From Octopus vulgaris (lineage: Eukaryota): a stretch of 64,000 nucleotides of DNA. Numbering within the stretch: position 1 is the stretch's first letter; each line of letters opens with the position of its first letter. The translations under genes were made by a program, and so were the position numbers. Below, piece after piece: positions 41,761 through 53,429 of this stretch. Where the stretch lies: NCBI GenBank assembly GCA_951406725.2, contig OX597828.1, positions 26,040,001-26,104,000 on the forward strand. The letters are read 5' to 3'. The notes below the pieces were generated by a model. The model saw only the letters and a list, made by a program, of their open reading frames with translations, had not been told where the DNA came from and did no database searches.

Positions 41761-42517
41761 GTTTAAATAAGTACAAAGAAAAATAAGTGGAGAAACAAGA
41801 AGAAAAGAAAGAAAAATATGAATGACTGAAAAAATAGGAAAATACGAAAGCACTATGTAAATATTAAAGATGAGAGAGAGAGAGGCAAAAAAATGAAATT
41901 ACAAAGATAAATTTAAATATATAAAGCTAACAAGATTGCATCCTCGTAGAAATAGTTGACGCATCAATGTGTAGAAGGAATTGAGATGAATCGAAAAAGA
42001 CAAAGTAGGGCAAAGTAGGAAGAGACACATGTCGTGGAAGGAGAAACTAATTCTGGTGACGGAATGAGATCAAAGAAGCATAATTGCAGTTGTGTCATAT
42101 CGTAGGTTCGGTTAGGGGGGTGTCGGAGATGCCACGCGTTTGCGTGTGCGCGCGCGTGCGTGCGTGTGTGTGCGTGTGTATAATATCTATTATACGTTTT
42201 ATATAAGTATATCTGTCTATCGATATATATATATGTACACGCATGTATGTATGTATATATATATATATTTTATGCATATATATATATATATATGTAGAGA
42301 GAGAGAGAGAGGGGGAGAGATATATACATATATTTATGTATGCAGATATATACGCGCGCACACATATATAACATGTATATATAAAAATTGAATTGAATTG
42401 AATATATCATACATACATATAATATATATATAAATATATATATATGTATATGTATGTATATATATATGAATATATATAAATACAGATATAATATATATCA
42501 TACATATATAATGTATA

Positions 42518-42550
<33 letters not shown>

Positions 42551-42572
42551 GATATATATACATATATATAAT

Positions 42573-42616
<44 letters not shown>

Positions 42617-42873
42617 TATTATATATACATATATATATTTTTTTATACATAATTAGGATAATTATTTAATGATTTATCAGTGGCCAGCATTATAATAAAG
42701 AATAATTATAATGATTGTCATCATTCAACACCCTTATTTTAATTTTGATATATAAAAATTAAAATTAAAATAGCAATAAAATGTCAAAGATTAAATAAAT
42801 TGCAAAAAATAATAATAAAAACGTATATAATAGGTAGATGATGGGTGGACAAACACAGACATACAGTCACACA

Positions 42874-42913
<40 letters not shown>

Positions 42914-42931
42914 CATACATACATACATACA

Positions 42932-42965
<34 letters not shown>

Positions 42966-42978
42966 CATATATACATAT

Positions 42979-43009
<31 letters not shown>

Positions 43010-43378
43010 CATCGTTAATATATCATCTTTAATATTTACATATTAAAGATATATATGTATATATGTATGTATGTATATATGTTTCTGTGACTGTGTGTCT
43101 GTGTTTGTCCACCCACCATCTACCTATTATATACGTTTTTATCATTATTTTTTGCAATTTACTTGATCTTTGACATTTTATTGTTACTTTAATTTTAATT
43201 TTTCTATTATATGTATTTTCTAGATGGTGTAATTTAATTCTTCATTTTGAATTGATAAAAGGTGTTTTTTTTCTAATTTTTTATATATATATATTATATT
43301 GTGTGAAATTTGGTTTAGTATTTCTAAATTGAATTCTTTTCCTTGTAAGTTTGGATTTTATTCCCCTCAAATAATACT

Positions 43379-43463
<85 letters not shown>

Positions 43464-43529
43464 ACCTCGTCTGTATCACTAGCGATTTTTTCCCCTGTCT
43501 TCCCTTCTCGGGATCTTTCCTTCTCCTAT

Positions 43530-43564
43530 GTTTCCGACGAAGAGCTCCGCTCGAAACGTCAAAC
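43530..43564 (+). ncRNA. Minimal type I hammerhead motif in a microsatellite-nested element (43461-43668)
   Basis: gttt-CCGACGA-a-gagc-tcc-gctc-GAAA-cg-T-C-aaac: perfect stems I and II, GUC cleavage triplet. Confidence 0.8.
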
Positions 43565-43664
43565 TCTCCTTCTTCCCTTCTTTCCTGAGCGTCCAATGAT
43601 ACTTTATTTGTTCCACGTCCTTGCGTTGCTGTTTTTTTTTGTTTTTGTTTTCTTGTTTGGATTA

Positions 43665-43696
<32 letters not shown>

Positions 43697-43837
43697 GGCG
43701 CAGGAGTGGATGTGTGGTCAGTAGCTTGCTTATAAAACACATGGTTCTGGTCGGACGAACGGCAACGGGAACCAGAGTAACAGGTTTTGTTGAATTTTCT
43801 GCTGCTATAAATAAAGTATATATACATATATATATAC

Positions 43838-43885
<48 letters not shown>

Positions 43886-43917
43886 TTTATTTTAAGCAGC
43901 AGAAAATTCAACAAAAT

Positions 43918-43955
43918 CTGTTACTCTGAGTTTCTCGTTGCTGTTCATCAGACAG
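43918..43955 (-). ncRNA. Type I hammerhead motif (H1), stem II damaged
   Basis: ctgt-CTGATGA-aca-gcaa-cga-GAAA-ctcagag-T-A-acag. Confidence 0.7.
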
Positions 43956-44667
43956 CTTTTTTGCTAGAATGGAACATATATATTAATTCAATCTATATTT
44001 TACAAATGTCGCTACACCTTTAAAAAGAAATGGACTTGTTTGATTGGCCCTTTAGAAAAAACGGTCAATCTTCGAGCGATAACAAAAAAGGTCAAAAATA
44101 TATGTATATATATATATATAAAAAACTTATAAAATTATAAAATCCGAGGAAAAACCGAGGAAAAATTATTGCCGTTAATGAAGACAGTACAAATTAATGC
44201 ATAGAAATTAAACCTGTTATAAATACTGCAATACATATTTATATTAAAATCCACATATATATCAACATACATTTTAGTATGCGTAAACATGCTTTTATAC
44301 ATACATATACAGACGTATATGTATGTATGGCGTTTACGCGCATCCTTTTGTGTATGTTGATATATATATGTGGATTTTAATATAAATATGTATTGCAGTA
44401 TTTATAACAGGTTTAATTTCTATGCATTAATTTGTACTGTCTTCATTAACGGCAATAGGTTTTTTCCTCGGTTTTTTCCTCGGATTTTATAATTTTATAA
44501 GTTTTTTATATATATATATATACATATATTTTTGACCTTTTTGTTTATCGCTCGAAGATTGACCGTTTTTTCTAAAGGGCCAATCAAACAAGTCCATTTC
44601 TTTTTAAAGGTGTAGCGTTTGTAAGAGTATAGATTGAATTAATATATATGTTCCATTCTAGCAAAAA

Positions 44668-44705
44668 CTGTCTGATGAACGGCAACGAGAAACTCAGAGT
44701 AACAG
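44668..44705 (+). ncRNA. Type I hammerhead motif (H1)
   Basis: ctgt-CTGATGA-acg-gcaa-cga-GAAA-ctcagag-T-A-acag: canonical core, GCAA-capped stem II, near-palindromic stem III. Confidence 0.82.
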
Positions 44706-44808
44706 ATTTTGTTGAATTTTCTGCTGCTTAAAATAAAGCATATTACTCTACCACTGGTATTTGAGTACTCTTTTTTCCACCTTGTTTCACATTTATGTGT
44801 TTACTCCG

Positions 44809-44864
<56 letters not shown>

Positions 44865-45121
44865 ATAAAAAGTGGGTAAAATGGGCAAAGGTGCCACACA
44901 TACACGCGCGTGCGCGCATGCATGCACGCATGCAGGAGATAGAGTGAGAAGGAGTAAGGAGTTAAGGAGAGAAAGAGAGGGACAGAAAGAAAGCGAGTTT
45001 AGTGAGATAAACTGTTCTTTATAATGAATGACAATGAAAAAAAAACGTGCTTATGTATGTGTGTGTACACACGTGTGCACGTTTGTATATAAACGTACTA
45101 GTATATAAAAATATATGTCTA

Positions 45122-45287
45122 TGCAGGCGTAGGAGTGGCTGTGTGGTAAGTAGTTTAATTACGAACCACATGGTTCCGGGTTCAGTCCCACTGCGTGACA
45201 CCTTGGGCAAGTCTCTTCCACTGTAGCGACGGGCCGACCAAAGCCGTGCGGGTGGATTTGGTAGACGGAAACTGAAATAAGCCCGTC

Positions 45288-45349
<62 letters not shown>

Positions 45350-45848
45350 GTGTGTGTGTGTATGGGGTAGAAAGGGCTCCTTAGCCGTAGTGAAGGCAAT
45401 CTATCTAGGGAGATAACCTTACAATAAATCACTGGGTCCGTAGCCTAGAAATACTGGGATGACGTCCAGCGGGAACAGCTTTGTTTCATGGAGGAGGAAA
45501 GATCTTCTTTAGTACTTGGTTGTACAATGCTTTCCAATGTGTGTAGTAGTGGCGCGCACACACATTATTAGCCATTTGAAAAGACTATGAAAGTCTCGAC
45601 CACGGTCGAACAATGATGATGATGAGGATGATGTGTGTGGGTGTGGGTGTGGGTGTGGGTGTGGGTGTGTCTGTGTTTGTCCCTCCAACATCGCTTGATA
45701 AACGATGCTGGTGTGTTTACGTCCCCGTTACTTAGCGGTTCGGTAAAAGAGACCGATAAAATAAGTACTAGGCTTACTGCCAAGAATAAGTTCTGGGGGC
45801 GATTTGCTCGACTAAAGGTCTTGCTCCAGCATGGCCACAGTCAAATGA
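45122..45848 (+). mobile_element. SINE family A split at its internal microsatellite by a ~280-bp insert
   Basis: Head 45122-45290 and tail 45665-45848, with unrelated sequence at 45362-45635. Confidence 0.85.
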
Positions 45849-46127
45849 GTATGCAAATCTACGTATGTTCACACACATATGTGTATTGATGTTCGTTTTG
45901 AATTAGAATGAAACAATTTCATGTTCACCTGATAAATTACTCGATACTTTTGTAGAGTACACATTTCTTCTTTCACGTGTCTTCACAGTGACTTTGATAA
46001 TGTTTCAGCAGGCCAAAATTTCGAAGTCACTATCAAAACTATTGTTTTTAAATATATGTATTTTCAATGGCGGCGTACCAACATGGCCGCATCAATCATA
46101 GACTTATATCATATATATATATATATA

Positions 46128-46181
<54 letters not shown>

Positions 46182-46271
46182 TACATACATGTATATGTGT
46201 GTGTGCATACATATATATATATATATATACATACATACATATATATGCATACATGTATATATATACACATG

Positions 46272-46327
<56 letters not shown>

Positions 46328-46328
<1 letters not shown>

Positions 46329-46408
46329 TTTATTTAAAGCAGCAGAAATTCAACAAAACCTTGTTACTCTGAGTTTCACGTTGCCGTTCGTCGGACAGTT
46401 TTTGCTCC

Positions 46409-46411
<3 letters not shown>
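46328..46411 (-). mobile_element. 84-bp family H1 fragment consisting mostly of the hammerhead (46362-46398)
   Basis: ctgt-CCGACGA-acg-gcaa-cgt-GAAA-ctcagag-T-A-aca; (TA)n on both sides. Confidence 0.85.
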
Positions 46412-46480
<69 letters not shown>

Positions 46481-46624
46481 TACGTACATACATGCATACA
46501 TATATACATACATGCATGCATATATATATATATTTATATATATATATACATATATATACGTACATACATGCATACATATATACATTCATACATGCATGCA
46601 TATATATAAATATGTGTATATATT

Positions 46625-46692
<68 letters not shown>

Positions 46693-47827
46693 TACATAAG
46701 TATGTATGTATGAATGTGAGTGTATGTATGTACAGAGAGGTTCCATTGCGATTATTACCTCTTCATGAAAGCACTCCCCCTATATGTGAACTGCTTATAA
46801 CATTTACGCTCACCTCCATGCACACACGAGTTTATGATACCCACCCCACCCACCACCCACAAGCATATATTCGCATACACACGTGCATATACATGTGCAT
46901 ATACACATACTCTTGCAAACACACACACACACAAAACAACTTGTGTTACTCTTAGGCGCAGTCATTAGCAGAAATAGGTCTGGTTGAAAGCCTGTCACAG
47001 TAGATTTCCTCTGAAGAGAAGTAAGAGGTAAAATGACGGAAAGAGCCGAGAATGAAGAGGTGAGATGGCGGAAGAAGTCGAGAAGGAGGTGAGACGGCGG
47101 AAGAAGCCGAGATAGAATGGAGATGGCGGGAGGCGCCAAAAATTTCAGACGAGATGTTAGAGACAGAGAGTGTGTGTATGAGAGAGGGATAAACAGAGAG
47201 TGGAGGAGATAGGCAGAGAGAGAGAGAGAGGGGGGAAGGAAGGAGAGAAGGTGGTTGTGAAAAGATAAAGGAAAAATATCTGCAATGGAGGTGAAACGAC
47301 GGAAATAACGACGAAAAAAAATGGGTGAAGAGACGGAAGTTGCCTCGAAATGGGTGAGAAGACGGTGAGAAATGAAAGAAACGTTGTGAAATAGCATAAG
47401 GATGTGTAAGAGAGATGATGAAATATTAGAAATAGCCGAAATGAAGGACGTGAAATGACAGAACAAACTGAGTGAAGGAAAAGGATTAACGAATTGAATC
47501 GAGAGAAAAAAATGCTTGAAAAACAAAATGATTCGGTAATATTACGACAGGAAGGTTGTAAAATGACAGCAACAGTCGAAGAAGGAGAAGTGTAATTGTA
47601 GAAATATCCCCAAAGTTAGAGATGTGGCGGAATTAGTTGAAAAAAAAAAATAATAAAAGAGGGCAAAAGTTCGGAAAAGAGGCGAGAGTAAGAGAATGAA
47701 ATTGGTAGAAAGATCCGAAGAACTCAAGAGCTGAAATGACGGAAGAATCCGAAGATAAAAACAGGCAAAGCGTTCAGAAAAATCAGAGTAAAATATAAAC
47801 AGTTAAGAAAAAAAAAATGAACGAATA

Positions 47828-47997
47828 GGCGCAGGAGTGGCTGTGTGGTAAGTAGCTTGCTAACCAACCACATGGTTCCGGGTTCAGTCCTACTGCGTGG
47901 CATCTTGGGCAAGTGTCTTCTGCTATAGCCCCGGGCCGACCAATGCCTTGTGAGTGGATTTGGTAGACGGAAACTGAAAGAAGCCTGTCGTATATAT

Positions 47998-48033
<36 letters not shown>

Positions 48034-48247
48034 ATGTGTTTGTGTGTCTGTGTTTGTCCCTCCCCCCCAACATTACTTGACAACCGATGCTGGTGTGTTT
48101 ACGTCCCCGTCACTTAGCGGTTCGGCAAAAGAGACCGATAGAATAAGTACTGGGCTTACAAAGAATAAGTCCCGGGGTCGATTTGCTCGATTAAAGGCGG
48201 TGCTCCAGCATGGCCGCAGTCAAATGACTGAAACAAGTAAAAGAGTA
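47828..48247 (+). mobile_element. SINE family A, full length
   Basis: ggcgcaggagtggctgtgtggtaagtagc...gaaacaagtaaaagagta; a diverged - copy follows at 48298-48640. Confidence 0.93.
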
Positions 48248-48503
48248 GATGATAAAATATGAAGACTGGGAAAACATCTGTTATTTTCTATTATCGCTTG
48301 TTTTCAGTCATTGGACTGCAGCCATTCTGGGGTCCCAGAAAGGGTTTAGTCGAACAGCTTTTGACCCAAATAATTATTCTTGTTCCTTTCCTTGAAAGAT
48401 TGGTATTTATGCAGTCGGATTCTTTTGCCGAACCGCTAAGTTACGGGTACGTAAACAAACATCGATTGTCAAGTGTCAGGGTGGGGTAAACATAAATACA
48501 CAC

Positions 48504-48535
<32 letters not shown>

Positions 48536-48921
48536 GTGCGTGTATGTGTACATGTGTGTATGTACACACACACGCACGCGCACACACACAAACACATTCA
48601 TATATACGTAGAGGGCTTCCACACTGTTTCCGTCAACCAAATTAGAGAAGAAAATGCTGGAGTAAGAAGGAATTGGTTTCTTTCGGTGAAGGATGAGTGA
48701 GCTAGAGGGGTGAGGGGGTTTGCAAGAATTTGATTCCGTACGAGGGAAGGAAGGGAGGGAGAGATCGGGTCGGGGTTGCATGGGGAGAAGAATGAAGATC
48801 TAAGGAAAAGAGGGAAACGTTGTGAAGGAAGTAAGGTTGTTGTTGTTGTTGACCTTGGTGGTGGTGGTGGTGGTGGTGGTGGGCTTTTTTTTTCCACATT
48901 TTAAATTTGTTGATTCTATTT

Positions 48922-49022
<101 letters not shown>

Positions 49023-49159
49023 GCCGCCACTGTTACTGCTACTTTTGATGATAGAAGTTGGTGGCGGTGGTGATGATGATGATGAGTAGTGGCGGTGGTG
49101 TGATGGAGAAAAGAAGAGGAAAAGGTAGCAGTGGAAGCAGGTGGAGGGGGTGACGAAAC

Positions 49160-49210
<51 letters not shown>

Positions 49211-51238
49211 AATGATGATGATGATGATGATGATGATGACGTTGATTATGAGGCAATCCTTGGCAATTTTATTCTCCTGTGATATGATATTTCCAATTAG
49301 TGTCACCTGGTTGCGACAATCGTAGAAAGACAATCTCACGTAAACACGAACGCATATACAAACAAAGCAAATAGCACACACACACACACACACGCACAAT
49401 CACGCGCACACACGCACAGTTGCACATCCAGATACACACACGACCATGAATACTGACAAATCCTGTAACACATACACACACACACGCAAACACGTGCTCA
49501 CACTCACACATGCACGCACACACACACACACACACACACATACAAATAAACGTTGATACGCATACGTTCATACGCAGGTAAATATTAACACATACCTACA
49601 ATGACAGACACTTTTGCATATATTCATACATTACTAACGCACACGCAAACACACACTTGCATGCACAAAGCACACACACACACACACATACGTGCACACA
49701 TGAGCTCATGCACACATATACTGGAAGAGGCTAGCACGCTCAAGCACGCACATGCACAAAGAATCGCGAAGACGCTCACACACACACGTGTAGGCATTTA
49801 TAGGCATCTGATATACCCCATCGTACACATGCACCCATACATACATACATACACACAAGCACACACATTCACACACACATAGGTGAAAGAACATCAACAC
49901 ACGCACACTTGTAAATAAACATACATGTGTGCATACACAGGCAAACATAACCACTTAAACACTCACGTACACATAAACCGTAATACACATATGTACACAA
50001 ATACACACACACACACACGAGCACACACGCACACGCTAGCGCACACACACACACACACACATACACACACACACACATCCACTGTATCGGATCGAATAAC
50101 ATTTGCTGTTGACTCTTGTTTGTAAAAAGGGGTGGAGGAGTTCCTTTCTAATGCTTTTATTAGTGATGTTAAGGAGCAGTGTAAAGCAGTAGCGAAACGG
50201 TGATATTAAAGGATCCTTGTAAAAGAGGGTGAAGTTGACTTTTGGAGCACCGAACTAAATGGCTTGCAGTATTTTCTGTTATCTCTTTCTGGTTTCTGAT
50301 TTAAAATCAATTCCCTATGAGGTTAGCGTCTATCTTTCATCTCTCAGAAGTCGATATAACAACCAGTCTTGCACTGAAGACTTCTTCATTTCCAACAAAT
50401 TCAAAGCTTCATACGAATGCAGAGAAAAAAATAAGAGACACAAGCATAGAAATAGCAGCCAAATTTTTCTTAAATCACTTGTTCGTCCGTCAGAACGAAA
50501 AAGACCATCAGTCATTCATCAGTCATCCTAAAGATGAATAATGACTTGTGTGGTAGCTTGGTTTAAAGTATTTGAAGACTTGCGTACTGTCAACCTCAAT
50601 TTCGCGACCATCATCGATCCAGAGCAAGACCAAATGAAGACGGCTGGAGATAAAGCAGGACACAATGCACGACCGAGGCCTCGTCATACTTTCTGCATCG
50701 CACGGTGCTTTGCTGCACTCACCTTTGCCTCCGATGAACCGTGGAGCATTCCTAAAATATTTTTATTAATTTCTATGATATTCCAACAGTCAACACTAAA
50801 TGTGGGTGACACACACACACATACTGATATGTACAATTGTTCACATGAAATCGAAATTTCGGGAATATTCTGTGTGGAGGCAAGAAGTTGTGAGATTTAT
50901 ACCTTTCTTCATCTCCATTTATGAATCTATAGCATAATCTAATTTTTAGTTCGATTAGAATTTATTGTCTCATGTTGAATAAAATTTTGACAGTTTTTCT
51001 AAGAGCACCGGATTCGGTCTTCAACATACACAGGTCGGCAAGCCCTGACATGTCAATTAAGACATAGCTAAGACACTGACAGCTGCTTCTACTTCGGGTC
51101 ACAGTAAAAGCAAGTCCAGGACACAGATCTTAAATTAAAACACACACACACACGCGCACACACGTACACACACGCACACAACATGCATACAGTACACACA
51201 CACACAAGGACACACAACACACACTCACTTACTCACTC

Positions 51239-51290
<52 letters not shown>

Positions 51291-51299
51291 ATATATGTA

Positions 51300-51399
<100 letters not shown>

Positions 51400-51488
51400 T
51401 ATATAGAAGAAATAAGGTACTCAGAAATCTGGATGGTGTTATATTTACAGATTTTTATTAATATGTCACATGTTTTTATAAATCATAT

Positions 51489-51525
51489 ATTTGCGCTTGC
51501 ATCCACTCGAGTGGATTCTTCAGAT
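51489..51525 (-). ncRNA. Decayed hammerhead motif
   Basis: at-CTGAAGA-atccac-tcga-gtggat-GCAA-gcgc-a-a-at: perfect stem II, 3' core mutated; element abuts (TA)n at 51405. Confidence 0.5.
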
Positions 51526-51644
51526 TGAATTTTTTTTAGGAGATTCGTCTCTTTTTATAGTATTCTTGAGTGTGTAGGGGGTGGAGAGAAATATAAGATA
51601 GTAAAAGAGGGTGAGGAATGGCCAGAAAGTGAGAGAGTGTGCGC

Positions 51645-51702
<58 letters not shown>

Positions 51703-51907
51703 GTATTTGTGTGCGTGTTTGTGTGTACATTTGTATCTGAAAGAGCACCGGATTCGGTATCTGAAAGGAGTGTCAATGGAAAAGAGAAATAAAGGAAGAA
51801 GGAAGAGAGAAAGAAGACAAATGTGTTTACTTCTATACAGCTGGTCAGTTCTTTCAATAGAAAGTACTATATATGTATATATAAGTATGTATATATGTAT
51901 ATATATG

Positions 51908-51966
<59 letters not shown>

Positions 51967-52048
51967 ATATGTATTATATATGTATGTATATATGTATTTA
52001 TATGTATGTATATATATGTATATATGTATGTATATATATGTATATATG

Positions 52049-52107
<59 letters not shown>

Positions 52108-52879
52108 TATATATGCTTGTATATATGTATATGTATGCATATATATATATACATCCAGATTCCATATTAAGAAATTTAAGTAAATATATTTTAGACAATT
52201 TTCCAAAGGATTTCAGTAAACATTAGTATCTCATTAGTATCTAACATTAGTATCTAATATAGTAAACTAATGTTTACTGAACTCATTTGGAAAATTGTCT
52301 AAAGTATATTTACTAAAATTTCTTAATATGGAATCTGGATGTCAAATAATAGTAAACATTAAAACCTCTAGAGCACTAATAGTCTATCTTCTCCTACTCC
52401 TCCAACTTCGACATACTAGCTTTCTGCTTAATGCATTCAAATGTATCTGGGCTGGGTTAGGAATAGATTTATTGGTTGTGACATTTGTTCTACCCCTTCC
52501 TATATCTATAAATAGAAAAATTCTTTGTCTCCATCCAACCATAATTCCCCTCCCCACTGACGGATCTAAATAACAAAGTTAAAATCTACAATCAGAGAGT
52601 GGAGTTAATACTATCATGTTCTTAAGAATGAAATCAACCTCTCTGTCTGTATATCTACCCTCTTTATAATGTTGGCAAACGAAATAGGGATAAGAATGTG
52701 CATTGTCCGTTTGTTTAATAAAATGAAGTTGCATGAAACGATCGTACCACATTACCTCGGATATGCTTGTTGCTTATTTTGATTGTAATCACCCCATGGA
52801 TTTATATGGATAATAACATGCAAAATTCTCGTGCCTTTGACTTAAGTACCATATTCATCTGAATCTAAATTTTGCAGAA

Positions 52880-52919
<40 letters not shown>

Positions 52920-53240
52920 CTATATAAAATCTCTGAGCGAGATGTTAACAGTAGCAATACGGAATCGTAACATATAGTTGCCAAACAAGTGTGGCGTCAT
53001 ATATGGGACAGTGCTACTGACGTTTATAGCCCAGGAAAATATCTCTTCCAGCTGGCTAACGTCACACATTCTGTGTCCGATTGTCGTAAGCCAGCTGGAA
53101 GAGATGTCTTCCTGGGGCTATGAACCCTCAGTAGCACTGTCCCGCATAGGACACCAATTTGGATTGTCACTTATGTTATATATGTATACATACATTTATA
53201 TACATATGTATATAAACATATATATGAATGCACATGTGTG

Positions 53241-53275
<35 letters not shown>

Positions 53276-53362
53276 ATATGTATATACATATATATATGTA
53301 TATATGTATATATATATATATATGCATATATATATATACATATATATGCATGTATATATATA

Positions 53363-53429
<67 letters not shown>

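Larger units (their letters stand above)
43885..44738. repeat. ~850-bp palindrome of two head-to-head family H1 elements
   Basis: Arms of ~425 bp complementary around 44311-44314; the + arm continues to 44811; TA-rich microsatellite on both flanks. Confidence 0.96.

Noticed and set aside
46810-47526. 238-aa minus-strand ORF
   Set aside because: F/S/L-rich read-through of a pyrimidine-rich strand where stops are compositionally rare
47828-47900. tRNA genes at SINE heads
   Set aside because: A and B boxes are present but there is no cloverleaf, and they continue into SINE bodies
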